64,000 nt of DNA from Macrostomum lignano (Eukaryota), in the NCBI GenBank assembly GCA_002269645.1, contig NIVC01000702.1, forward strand, positions 248,001-312,000. The letters run 5' to 3'. Made by a program: the position numbers and the translations under genes. Below are positions 1-11,877 of this stretch, piece after piece; the stretch's first letter is position 1, and each line of letters opens with the position of its first letter. A model generated the notes under the pieces. That model saw only the letters and a program-made list of their open reading frames with translations. It searched no databases and was not told where the DNA came from.

Positions 1-144
1 GAGATTTCAACACTTTGAGATTAAACCAATTACCGATTATTCACTGCCGAATATGCAGTTCAATTAAATGATTATAACCATATTAAAGTCTGATAAAAGA
101 TCGTTGAACTAAGAAAATATTGTAAATGTGACATTTCATTCAAC

Positions 145-660
145 CAATGAATAGTCAGTCGGTCAATCAATCAATTAATCAATCAATCAAATCAATCAAT
201 CAATCAGATCTATCAATCAATCAGATCAATCAATCAATCAGATCAATCAATCAATCAAATCAATCAATCAATCAGATCAATCAATCAATCAGATCAATCA
301 ATCAATCAGATCAATCAATCAATCAGATCAATCAATCAATCAGATCAATCAATCAATCAGATCAATCAATCAATCAGATCAATCAATCAATCAGATCTAT
401 CAATCAATCAGATCAATCAATCAAATAAATCAATCAATCAGATCTATCAATCAATCAGATCAATCAATCAATCAGATCAATCAATCAATCAAATCAATCA
501 ATCAATCAGATCAATCAATCAATCAGATCAATCAATCAATCAGATCTATCAATCAATCAGATCAATCAATCAAATCAATCAATCAATCAGATCAATCAAT
601 CAATCAGATCAATCAATCAAACAGATCAATCAATCAATCAGATCTATCAATCAATTAATG
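145..660. repeat. (ATCA)n / ATCAG microsatellite
   Basis: Direct reading; produces spurious SINQ ORF. Confidence 0.95.
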
Positions 661-808
661 AATTAAATAACAAATCAATAAATTATCAAAGCGTACAATC
701 AAACTACAAATTAATCAAGGGAAATAGCATTCGCTGTCAATAGATTATTACAATCTTTCACAATCTCTATTGTGAATCTCTATTACAATCTTATCAAGTT
801 TTGCATAC

Positions 809-1125
809 CTTCCAGGTTCCACTCGCCACTCTCAACATAAGTCGATATGTCGCCAGACCCTTTCTCCGAACAGTTTTTCGGGTCCTTCAGGATTTTCTCG
901 GTCGTGTCCAGGTTGGGGTCGTCGCACTTGAACCGCAAATCCACGGTGCCCCCATCATAAGTCCAGGAGCCGAACTTCAACTCGCATTTCTGAGTATCGA
1001 ACGGAAACCAGGTGATGTCAATTTTGCAGGTGGACTTGAACATGCCAGGCGGGATGTAGTTCATGCTGCCGTAGTGATTTATGACCACATTCGTCGGAAA
1101 TGTGCCGTCGAACTTCTCGTCCGCG
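809..1125 (-). CDS. nAChR exon 5 (Cys-loop, loop B, loop F)
   Basis: ADEKFDGTFPTNVV...CKIDITWFPFDTQKC...FGSWTYDG...SGEWNLE G|GTATGC; phase 2 start continues exon 4. Loop C and TM exons lie outside the window so alpha/non-alpha cannot be decided. Confidence 0.95.
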
Positions 1126-1269
1126 CTGGGAATCCAAGAGGGATAATTATCCTCTAATTATTCTTGCCTTCTGGCTCGTGAACTTTAGAGCTGAAATATC
1201 GGATATATTCTGCAAAATCCAGAGATACTCTTTATTATGCCTAATATCTCGTAGAGGTGCGATACCAAC

Positions 1270-2500
1270 TCATCTCAGGGTGAAATTCTAATTGATTTCT
1301 AGGAATGAGATTCTCATTGATTTCTAAAAAGAAGATTCTAATTGATTTCTAGGAAAAATATTCGTATTGATTTCTAGGAAAAATATTCGTATTGATTTCT
1401 AGGAAAAATATTCGTATTGATTTCTAGGAAAAATATTCGTATTGATTTCTAGGAAAAATATTCGTATTGATTTCTAGGAAAAATATTCGTATTGATTTCT
1501 AGGAAAAATATTCTAGCTCGTAATTGATTTCCAGGAATGACATTTTCTTTGATTTCTAGGAATGAGATTCTAATTGATTTCTAGGAAAAAGATCCTAATT
1601 GATTTCTAGGAAAATAATTCTAATTGATTTCTAGGAAAATAATTCTAATTGATTTCTAGGAAAAATATTCTCATTGATTTCTAAGAATGATTGGATTCTC
1701 ATTGATGGCTAGGAAGATTCTATTTCATTTCTTGAAAAAATTCTTTTTGATTTCTAGGAAAAAGATTCTAATTGATTTCTAGGAAAAAGATCCTAATTTA
1801 TTTCTAGGAAAATAATTCTAATTGATTTCTAGGAATGAGATTCTCATTGATTTCTAGGAATGAGATTCTCATTGATTTCTAGGAATGAGATTCTCATTGA
1901 TTTCTAGGAATGAGATTCTCATTGATTTCTAGGAAAAAGATCCTAATTTATTTCTAGGAAAATAATTCTAATTGATTTCTAGGAATGAGATTCTCATTGA
2001 TTTCTAGGAAAATAATTCTAATTGATTTCTAGGAAAATAATTCTAATTGATTTCTAGGAAAATAATTCTAATTGATTTCTAGGAAAATAATTCTAATTGA
2101 TTTCTAGGAAAAAGATTCTAATTGATTTCTAGGAAAATAATTCTAATTGATTTCTAGGAAAAAATATTCTCATTGATTTTTAAGAATGAGATTCTCATTG
2201 ATGGCTAGGAAGATTCTATTTCATTTCTTAAAAAATTCTCTTTGATTTCTAGGAAAAAGATTCTCATTGATTTATTGGTATGAGATTCTATTTAATTTAT
2301 AGGAATCAGATTCTCTTTGATTTCTAGCGATGCGATTCTCATTTATTTGTAGAAAAAATTCTTCTTAATTTCTTAAAAAGGTTCTAACTGATTTTTTGTA
2401 AAAGGATTTTAATTGATTTCTAGGAATAAGATTCTATTTGATTTCTAGGAATGAGATTCTCATTTATTTCTAGGAAAAGGCTTCTCATTGATTTCTAGGG
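1270..2500. repeat. ~25-bp AT-rich minisatellite in nAChR intron 4
   Basis: Unit ATTGATTTCTAGGAAWRADATTCKH repeated dozens of times. Confidence 0.9.
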
Positions 2501-2590
2501 ATGACATTTACGTCAACTTCTATGCATGATATTTTAACTAGCTGTTCCAAAAAATCACAATTTGACAAAAAAGCTGTCAGATAAACCAAC

Positions 2591-2700
2591 CTGTTGTACA
2601 ACAAGATGTCGGGTTTCCACACCTTGCTTGGGTCGATGTTAATCTTGGTGATGTTCCCGTAGTCTGCTGGGTCCCACATGAAGTGATAATCGCTCCAAGT
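2591..2700 (-). CDS. nAChR exon 4 (110 nt, loop A)
   Basis: CAG|TWSDYHFMWDPADYGNITKINIDPSKVWKPDILLYN AG|GT; WKPDILLYN motif; 110 nt equals alpha7-type exon 4. Confidence 0.95.
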
Positions 2701-2819
2701 CTGAATGGAAATAAGTTTGTTTTGTTATAATAAATATTGCAACACGCGTTGACGGTTTAAATTGGTGCCATTTTTCCGACAGTACGCTCGTATTTAACAA
2801 GTTTTAAAACGATGTTGGT

Positions 2820-3730
2820 CTATTTGTCTGTATTTGTGTGTCCCAGTGTCTGTCTGGATGTGTCTCAGTATTTGTCTGGATGTGTCTCAGTGTCTGTCTG
2901 GGTGTGTCTCAGTGTCTGTCTGGGTGTGTCTCAGTGTCTGTCTGGGTGTGTCTCAGTGTCTGTCTGGGTGTATCTTAGTGTCTGTCTGGATGTGTCTTAG
3001 TGTCTGTCTGGATGTGTCAGTGTCTGTCTGGGTGTGTCTCAGTGTCTGTCTGGATGTGTCTCAGTGTCTGTCTGGATATGTCTCCGTCTGTCTGGATATG
3101 TCTCCGTCTGTCTGGATGTGTCTCAGTGTCTTCTGGATGTGTCTCAGTGTCTGTCTGGATGTGTCTCAGTGTCTGTCTGGATATGTCTGTGTCTGTCTGG
3201 ATGTGTCTTAGTGTCTGTCTGGATGTGTCAGTGTCTGTCTGGGTGTGTCTCAGTGTCTGTCTGGATATGTCTCCGTCTGTCTGGATGTGTCTCAGTATCT
3301 GTCTGGATATGTATCAGTGTCTGTTTGGGTGTGTCTCAGTATCTGTGTGTCTCAGTATCTGTCTGGATATGTCTGTGTCTGTCTGGGTGTGTCAGTGTCT
3401 GTCTGGGTGTGTCAGTGTCTGTCTGGGTGTGTCTCAGTGTCTGTCTGGGTGTGTCTTAGTGTCTGTCTGGATATGTCTCCGTCTGTCTGGATATGTCTCG
3501 TCTGTCTGGATGTGTCTCAGTATCTGTCTGGATATGTCTCAGTGTCTGTCTGGATATGTCTCCGTCTGTCTGGATATGTCTCCGTCTGTCTGGATGTGTC
3601 TCAGTATCTGTCTGGATATGTCTCAGTGTCTGTCTGGGTGTGTCTCAGTATCTGTCTGGATATGTCTCAGTGTCTGTCTGGGTGTGTCTCAGTGTCTGTC
3701 TGGGTTGTCTCAGTGTCTGTCTGAATGTGT
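2820..3730. repeat. ~22-bp minisatellite in nAChR intron 3
   Basis: Unit TGTGTCTCAGTGTCTGTCTGGR. Confidence 0.9.
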
Positions 3731-3897
3731 TTCAGTCTTTCTGGGCGTGTTTTCAGTTCAAAAGTATCGACTATTTCCAAGCCAAAAGTGGCAAGCCAAT
3801 AAATCACTTTACTGATTAATTATTTAATACCGCCAATAAACTGCATATTAAAAGATAACAAAGTCCAAGTTGCTCAAATAAAATTTTCTCCACTTAC

Positions 3898-3942
3898 CAG
3901 GTCGAGCCAAATGTTTGAGAATAGAATCTGATTCTTCTCGTC
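3898..3942 (-). CDS. nAChR exon 3 (45 nt, loop D)
   Basis: CAG|DEKNQILFSNIWLDL|GTAAGT; 45 nt equals the conserved alpha7-type exon 3 size. Confidence 0.95.
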
Positions 3943-3984
3943 CTGAGGATGTGCAAAAATGGGTTTTGGGTTGAATTGGGCACT

Positions 3985-4500
3985 AGATATGAGATCTAGA
4001 GATGATAATTGAGATCTGGAGATTATAATTGAGATGTAGAGATGATAATTGAGATCTAGAGATGGTTATTGAGATCTAGAGATGATAATTGAGATCTAGA
4101 GATGAATATTGAGATCTAGAGATGATAATTGAGATCTAGAGATGATTATTGAGATCTAGAGATGATAATTGAGATCTAGAGATGATAATTGAGATCTAGA
4201 GATGATAATTGAGATCTAGAGATGATTATTGAGATCTAGAGATGATTATTGAGATCTAGAGATGATTATTGAGATCTAGAGATGATTATTGAGATCTAGA
4301 GATGATAATTGAGATCTAGAGATGATTTTTGAGATCTAGAGATGATTATTGATATCTAGAGATGATTATTGAGATCTAAAGATAATTGAGATCTAGAGAT
4401 GATAATTCAGATCTAGAGATGATAATTGAGATCTAGAGATGATAATTGAGATCTAGAGATGATAATTGAGATCTAGAGGTGATGTTAACTGAGTTCTAGA
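3985..4500. repeat. 20-bp minisatellite in nAChR intron 2
   Basis: Unit GAGATCTAGAGATGATWATT. Confidence 0.92.
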
Positions 4501-5047
4501 GATGAGATTTGAGATTTGAGACTTCGAGATGAGATCTGTGATCTACACTGTAGAGAGATGAGATTTAATAACTAAAAAATGAGATCTGTGATCTAGAAAT
4601 GAGAACTGAGATCAAAAGAAGAAATCTGTGATTTAAAGATGAGATCTGAAATCTTTGCAATATTTTTTAACGATTTGACAGTTTATAACTCAGGAGCATA
4701 AGCAGTAGGCTATAAATTATTAAAGAAGTCTCATAGCCATAAAAACTCCGTCGGAAATAACTCAAACAAGTTCTTGAGCTAAATAATGCTAGTTCAATGA
4801 GTCCTTTGCTGCCTGACTCTGAGAACAGCTGCACACAGCTGGCGGGGTCATGTGAGCAGGCGCTTAGGCCGGTCAGTCAGCGGATTGAGTTCAGTCACCC
4901 GCATCAGATTGAGCTGGGCTGCACTTGCTTTGGTTTTGCTGCAATTTCTATGGAGATCTTTTTTGTATTGGTTAAAAGCAGCTGGTCATGTCGGCTCTGG
5001 AACTGGCAGAGGGCTTTGCTGTTATTCTGCTGCAGTTTTTTAGATAC

Positions 5048-5335
5048 TGGTGCTGGCGTCCCCGGTGCTGGCTCCCCCGGTGCTGGCGTCCCCGGTGCTG
5101 GCTCCCCTGTGCTGGCGCCCCCTGTGCTGGCTCCCCGGTGCTGTCTCCCCGGTGCTGGCGCCCCGGTGCTGGCGCCCCCGGTGCTGGCGCCCCCGGTGCT
5201 GGCGCCCCGGTGTTGGCGCCCCAGTTCTGGCGCCCCCGGTGCTGGCGCCCCGGTGCTGGCGCCCCGGTGCTGGCGCCCCTAGTGCTAAAGTCCCTAGTGC
5301 TAAAGCCTCTGGTGCTAAAGCCCCTGGTGCTCCCA
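5048..5335. repeat. 15-bp GGTGCTGGCGCCCCN minisatellite (degenerate copy of dispersed family)
   Basis: Same unit as 61025-61470; grades into GTGCTAAAGCCCCT variants. Confidence 0.88.
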
Positions 5336-5445
5336 ATCGGGCTGTTGGTACATCATGAAAGATCAAGGCTCACACAGGGTGTACAGCGGCTTCGGCTATG
5401 CTAATTCAAAAGCCCTTGCTCAACTGCAAGCCCGTCAATACGCAC

Positions 5446-5600
5446 CACATCAATGATCTGCTGCAGGGACACTTTGAACCAGACGTACAGGACTGCTGAG
5501 TCATTCTGTACGGGCCGCTCCATGGGGTTGTGCCGCAGGCTCTCGTTCTTGTTGTCGAACAGATCTCGCAACAGCCGCTTCTCGTGATGGCCCGCCTCCA
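5446..5600 (-). CDS. nAChR exon 2
   Basis: VEAGHHEKRLLRDLFDNKNESLRHNPMERPVQNDSAVLYVWFKVSLQQIIDV; CAGCAG tandem acceptor (start 5600 or 5603); GTG|GTGCGT donor; matches the nAChR N-terminal helix and RPV motif. Confidence 0.92.
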
Positions 5601-5689
5601 CTGCTGGGCGTCCGGTTCGAAAATTGAAAGTTGAGAGCCATTTTCATAGTAAAAAATATTTGAATTTTTCGATACTGTAGTTCCGATTG

Positions 5690-5880
5690 AAGTTCAGGTG
5701 GAGTTCAGGTGGAGTTCAGTTGGAGTTCAGGTGGAGTTCAGGTGGAGTTCAGGTGGAGTTCAGGTGGAGTTCAGGTGGAGTTCAGTTGAAGTTTAGGTGG
5801 AGTTCAGTTGAAGCTCAGGTGGAGTTCAGTTGAAGTTCATGTAGAGTTCAGGTGGAGTTCAGATGCAGTTCAGGTGCATT
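5690..5880. repeat. 11-bp minisatellite
   Basis: Unit GGAGTTCAGKT. Confidence 0.85.
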
Positions 5881-6436
5881 TCATGCAGTTTCATAATCAA
5901 AGAATCCCCAAAACTCGCACAAAACATTTGCAGGGAATTCTGTCTGAATTGACAAATTCCGAAGTAGCCAGTGAATGATGCAAATATTTTTAGCCATTAT
6001 ATTCACTTAATCTTCAAGCAGATAGATGAACTGCAGAGTCTTAATGGATAACTTTGCGAGATATGCGAGAACCTATTCAGGTACAGCTTCGGGTGACCCC
6101 TCCTTCAACCTATCCCTTACCTAGCTGTTGGCCAGTTCTAAGATCCCCATTTTTTGGATCGATTACGGAGATCCCGGAGCCCAACCTGCTCTGACTGTGT
6201 GTTGTCAGGGCTGCTGCTAATCCTCTTGTGAAAAAATCCATACAGCCAACCCACCACTCTTCTCGGAAAACTGTCAATCTAAGCATTCTCTTACCTTAGT
6301 AGTTCGTAATAATATAAGCTCAGCATAGAAGCTGTTAAAAGATCAGACTGCATCTGAGTCTGAGCAGCCGGTGTTCACCGATTCCGCTTGGAGCTTTGGG
6401 AGTCTCTGTTTACCAGCGGTGAGAAGGTAATTATGG

Positions 6437-7335
6437 GGGGATTTCTCGACTACTGATGCTGGGAATTCAGTCAGTGGGGAATTTCTCGACTACTGATGCT
6501 GGGAATTCAGTCAGTGGGGAATTTCTAGTCTACTGATGCTGGGAATTCAGTCAGTGGGGAATTTCTCGTCTACTGATGCTGGGAATTCAGTCAGTGGGGA
6601 ATTTCTCGACTACTGGTGCTGGGAATTCAGTCAGTGGGGAATTTCTCGACTACTGGTGCTGGGAATTCAGTCAGTGGGGAATTTCTCGACTACTGATGCT
6701 GGGAATTCAGTCAGTGGGGAATTTCTCGACTACTGATGCTGGGAATTCAGTCAGTGGGGAATTTCTCGACTACTGATGCTGGGAATTCAGTCAGTGGGGA
6801 ATTTCTCGTCTACTGATGCTGGGAATTCAGTCAGTGGGGAATTTCTCGTCTACTGATGCTGGGAATTCAGTCAGTGGGGAATTTCTCGTCTACTGATGCT
6901 GGGAATTCAGTCAGTGGGGAATTTCTCGACTACTGATGCTGGGAATTCAGTCAGTGGGGAATTTCTCGTCTACTGATGCTGGGAATTCAGTCAGTGGGGA
7001 ATTTCTCGACTACTGATGCTGGGAATTCAGTCAGTGGGGAATTTCTCGACTACTGATGCTGGGAATTCAGTCAGTGGGGAATTTCTCGACTACTGGTGCT
7101 GGGAATTCAGTCAGTGGGGAATTTCTCGACTACTGATGCTGGGAATTCGGTCAGTGGGGAATTTCTCGACTACTGATGCTGGGAATTCGGTCAGTGGGGA
7201 ATTTCTCGACTACTGATGCTGGGAATTCGGTCAGTGGGGAATTTCTCGACTACTGATGCTGGGAATTCGGTCAGTGGGGAATTTCTCGACTACTGATGCT
7301 GGGAATTCGGTCAGTGGGGAATTTCTCGACTACTG
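6437..7335. repeat. 40-bp minisatellite, ~22 near-identical copies
   Basis: Unit GGGAATTCAGTCAGTGGGGAATTTCTCGACTACTGATGCT; no spacers. Confidence 0.95.
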
Positions 7336-7859
7336 GTGCTTTCTCACCGAACTGAAGCTGGAGAATTCAGTTAGGGGGGGGGGAATTCAGCTAACTCAAA
7401 CTCATTCGTCAAAGATTATTGTGCACACGCAAAATCTTTTCAACAGAGAAATTCACATTTCATTTACTGCGCCTCAAATGGGATTTACTCAACAGATCGT
7501 TAAAAGAAATTTCTCGGCTTTGAGAAATTCCTAACTCAGAATAGTGGCGAGGCCAAGTGCTCAAGCTGGTGTTTGAGCAGCTGCTAGATTCACGCCATAA
7601 AAATTGTCTTCTGTTAGCAACTAAACTTTCGATTTTTACTACAGCTATGACCCGTGGAAACCTGGGCAGCAAATTCTGCCTGCTCTTGTGTTAATGTGCA
7701 GCTCATAAAACTTTCAACAGTTCAAGTATTAGATGTAGATCAGAGGTTGCCATTTTTATTCAGTGCATTGATGGCCGGACCACTGACTGCGAGAGGCCGG
7801 CATATCAGATGGGGAGACAGACGATTACGAAGAGGGAGAGGTAGAGAGGGGAAGGGGAG

Positions 7860-7930
7860 AGATGAGAGTTACGAAAGTAAGGCGAAAGAGAGAGGGAGAG
7901 ATTGAAAAGGGGAGAGGAGAGAGAGACAGA

Positions 7931-8004
<74 letters not shown>

Positions 8005-8300
8005 CAGAAAGAGAGACAGAAAGAGAAAGAGAGACAGAAAGAGAGAGAGAGAGGGAGAGAGAGGGAGAGTAAGAGAGAGAGGGAGAGGGAAAGGGAGAGG
8101 GAGAGTGAGAAGGAGAGGAGAGAGAGAGAGAGAGAAAGAGAGGGAGAGAGTGAGAGGGAGAGTAAGAGAGAGAGGGAGATAAAAAGGGAGAAGGGGAGAG
8201 AGAGGGACAGAGGTAGAGGAGAGAGGGAGGGGTGGAGAGAGGTAGAGGGAGAGAGGGAGAGAGGGAGAGTGAGAAGGAGAGGGAGGGAGAGAAAAAGTGT
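7860..8300. repeat. GA-rich microsatellite/low-complexity tract
   Basis: (GA)n and GAGAGG variants. Confidence 0.92.
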
Positions 8301-8393
8301 GAGGAGTAGGGACAGCAGAGTGCAGGACATCGCTAGAAGCGGGTTGGTTTTGTGATTGATTTATTTTTAAACTCCTTCGCAAGCTAGCCATTA

Positions 8394-9709
8394 CGAGGGG
8401 TGATCAAAAAGTTCTGCAAGTGACCTCACAACTCTGTGCTACAGCAGCCGAGGCGTCTAATCAGTGTCACATTCCCTTAAAGTACTTTCCACCACTATCT
8501 ATGCACCGTCGCATCCGTGTGCACCATGTCTGAAAGCAGTCATGGTACTCCGAAGTTGGTATACCCTGTAGAGCTGAATTTACCGCTTGGGCAAGGTCTT
8601 GCATGCGTGAAAACGGCCTCCCAGAAATGACGGATTTGATCCTCGGGAACAGCCAAAAGTCGCACGGTGCTAGGTCTAGAGAGTAGGGTGGATGGGCAGC
8701 AGCCGGACCCCTGCTGCTCCAGGTACGCCATGGTTGAGGCCGCTCTGTGCGGTGCCGCATTGTCATGGTGCAGCAGGAGTCGAGGTCCATGCCTGGTTCG
8801 CGCACGTTCCTGCCGCTCCTGCAGCACGCCTGGCAGAACAGTGTCTGTGTAGTACCTGGCAGTCACTGTGGCACCCGCTGGAAGGATGTTCACCGCTACA
8901 ACACCCTGAGAGTTGAAAAAAATGGTGAACATCCGCTTCGGACTGCGGAATCCGGTCTTCAGCACCTCAGGCCTTGGCTCATCTTCTGCTAGCCAGACCA
9001 TGTTGGACTGCTTATCCTTCATGGTAAAGAAGGAGATCCAACATTCGTCTCCTGTGATGACATCCGACAGTTGTCGTGGGCCGTGGGGCTCAAACATTTG
9101 CAGCCACAAGCGACAGATGCGCACCCTCTCTGCTTGCTGCTCCGGAGTGAGAAGATGGGGTACCCACCGAGCGCAGGTCTTTGTGCGGCCCAGTTGCTCA
9201 TGCATGATTTTATGGGCACTTCCATAGCTGACACCAAGCTCATAGGCAATGAATCTTAGCATAATGCTCCAATCCTCACGAATTATTGCATCGGCATGGG
9301 CCACGACATCTTCGGTCACAGATGTCCGGGGTCGGCCAGACCTCGGTTCGTCGTTGAAGCTGTCCCAGCCTTCCAAGAAATGGCGCAGCCAGCGGGCAAC
9401 CGTGTCAAATGATGGAGCAGAGTCAGCTAAAACATTCACCAGATCGGTGTGAGTCTCAGTCACTTTGCAACCAAGTTGCATGCGCATAAAGATATAGAAG
9501 CGAACACTGTTTTTTGATGTTTCCATCAGCTACTGAAAACACATGGAAAATATATGGCTGTGAAATTTTACTGGAGCACATTTGGAAGCCAAAAATGCAT
9601 ATATATATAGCAAACAGATATAGCCGCATATGTGTAAGTTTTTGGCTTTTGCCGATTCTATAACTAAAAGCTATAACAAAAGGTTGCAGAACTTTTTGAT
9701 CACCCCTCG
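8394..9709 (-). mobile_element. Mariner (D,D34D) DNA transposon, 1316 bp, in nAChR intron 1
   Basis: 26-bp perfect TIR CGAGGGGTGATCAAAAAGTTCTGCAA at both ends; TA duplication at 8392-8393 and 9710-9711; transposase motifs WVPHLL, ITGDE, HHDNA, YSLDLAPCDF. Confidence 0.96.
8467..9526 (-). pseudogene. Mariner transposase with frameshift near 8690-8712
   Basis: ORF 8540-9526 and ORF 8467-8805 join if one G and one C are restored in homopolymer runs (EQQGVRLLPHPPYS); restored spacing between 2nd and 3rd Asp is exactly 34. Confidence 0.88.
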
Positions 9710-9944
9710 TATTTTGACACAAATGACGCGCAAAAACGAACTAAAAATTGCGATAAAAACGGTATTTCAACAGTCACCGGAAGTTAAAAGCAATTTTCGT
9801 AGTCAAATAGACTGCAAAAAGGTTTATAATGGGTCTTTAACTTTTCCCAGACTTTATTCCAGCAATTTTATCATACCAAAACAATCACTAAATAAATATG
9901 GTTCAAACGTATTTAACATTGTTTTCTATGGCTTGCGAATAATC

Positions 9945-10630
9945 TAGTTTGTAAACTTTCCAGTTTGTAAACTGCCCCTAGTTTGTAAACTGTCTAGTTT
10001 GTGAATTGTCTAGTTTTGTGAATGGTCTAGTTTGTGAATTGTCTATTTTGTGAATGGTCTAGTTTGTGAACTGTCTAGTTTGTGAACTGTCTAGTTTGTG
10101 AACTGTCTAGTTTGTGATCTGTCTAGTTTGTGATCTGTCTAGTTTGTGATCTGTCTAGTTTGTGAACTGTCTAGTTTGTGAACTGTCTAGTTTGTGAACT
10201 GTCTAGTTTGTGAACTGTCTAGTTTGTGATCTGTCTAGTTTGTGATCTGTCTAGTTTGTGAACTGTCTAGTTTGTGAACTGTCTAGTTTGTGATCTGTCT
10301 AGTTTGTGATCTGTCTAGTTTGTGATCTGTCTAGTTTGTGAACTGTCTAGTTTGTGAACTGTCTAGTTTGTGAACTGTCTAGTTTGTGATCTGTCTAGTT
10401 TGTGATCTGTCTAGTTTGTGAATAGTCTAGTCTGTGAATGGTCTAGTTTGTGAATGGTCTAGTTTGTGAATAGTCTAGTCTGTGAATGGTCTAGTTTGTG
10501 AATGGTCTAGTTTGTGAATGGTCTATTTTGTGAATGGTCTAGTTTGTAAATGGTCTATTTTGTGAATGGTCTAGTTTGTAAATGGTCTATTTTGTGAATG
10601 GTCTAGTTTGTAAATGGTCTAGTTTTGTGA
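9945..10630. repeat. 16-bp minisatellite next to nAChR exon 1 donor
   Basis: Unit TGTGAACTGTCTAGTT. Confidence 0.92.
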
Positions 10631-10698
10631 ATGAACTTCTCAATCCAGTTCCAGATTGAGGACCCTGCCAGACTCACCCTCAACCCTGCCAGACTCAC

Positions 10699-10765
10699 CC
10701 TTCAAGACCAGTCCAACTAGCAGCAGACCCGATGTCATCACCAAAGCTGCAGTCGCGGATGTCAT
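10699..10765 (-). CDS. nAChR (alpha7-like Cys-loop receptor subunit) exon 1, signal peptide
   Basis: ATG at 10765; MTSATAALVMTSGLLLVGLVLK then G|GTGAGT phase-1 donor; joins in frame to the phase-1 acceptor of exon 2 giving LVLK(A)VEAGHHEKRL. Confidence 0.8.
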
Positions 10766-11877
10766 CTCCCGGATGCTTCTATGCTAGCCGTTCAATTTAA
10801 TATTTGTTAGAACTGATCCACTGCCTCTAGGCTAAGAGTAGAAATCTATGAAATCAGCACATAGAAATCTGAAGCTCAACTCTACTTTTGAGACGACGAG
10901 AGCTCGAGGGTCTGCTACTTTTAATTAAAGCCTCGATGAGAAAGCAAAGGAGTGAGAGTGCACTCGGGAGAGCTAAGAGATGCAGGCATTGGCTGAAGCG
11001 GTCAGGCCAACCAGAGTTGAGTTGGGTTGTCTGCCACAATTCCTAAATATTCCTTTGAGAAGAGTTTGGTGCTGGAAAAGAAATTTGATGCGAAATTAAG
11101 AGAAAAAGGAGCGAAACGACACACAGTGGGACAGACAGACAGACATACAGACAGACAGACAGACAGGCACTAAGACAGATAGACAGACAGGCACTAAGAC
11201 AGATAGACAGACAGGCACTAAGACAGACAGACAGACAGTCACTGAGACCGTGAAATTTCCACTGTCGAACTCCCAACAAAAATCCCCCCTGAAGTTTTGG
11301 AAGCAAAATTTAATTGAACCTGACTCGAGAAAGGGTCAGTGGGAGAATCAGACATTTAAGTGGAGGCGCTTTCTCTAGCAAGAGTGGGGCAATAAAATTT
11401 CGGTAGACATGTGTTTCCTTTTAGCGCCCAGCAACCGCTTCACCCGCCACCTACACCGCCAGCGCCAGCATGCACATGCGCAGATGCACACCATATCTAA
11501 ATATATAAGCCTATTGATTTGCATTGGCTACTGGCTGAGTAACTCCATGTTTTATATCATTTTATTCTAACCGCTGGGTTCTCTGGGTGGCTAAGGGGAA
11601 TTATTAAAGTGGGAAGGGAGTTGGTAGTAGCCAAATCCCCTCCTGATGCCAAACTAGACCAAGTGAGCACAATCGCACAGTTTAAACAACCCAGCTCAAA
11701 TGTGTGCCGAAGGCAAACAGACCATCGCAATACAAGCCCAGCTCCCATCCAGTTTGTTTTGATAGCCTGTCTGCCACTGATGTGTGCTGCGATTTGCATT
11801 GTGTGCCAGTGACTTGCTGATTGGCTAATCTGTGTTGGTATAGTTGCACGCAGAGGATAGAAACTTTGTTACACGCT

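Noticed and set aside
6292-6353. Alternative nAChR signal-peptide exon (MQSDLLTASMLSLYYYELL, AG|GTAAGA)
   Set aside because: Donor is phase 2, incompatible with the phase-1 acceptor of exon 2; 10699-10765 fits
6437-7335. CRISPR-like array or NF-kB site array (GGGGAATTTC in a 40-bp unit)
   Set aside because: No unique spacers and no cas genes; eukaryotic context; kB match is imperfect and simply part of the repeat unit
10854-11039. Hydrophobic ORF as nAChR exon 1
   Set aside because: Starts at a non-ATG codon and has no suitable donor; more likely 5' UTR or intergenic
11609-11812. Plus-strand ORF with C-terminal hydrophobic stretch
   Set aside because: Non-ATG start, no linked exon or family motif; insufficient support
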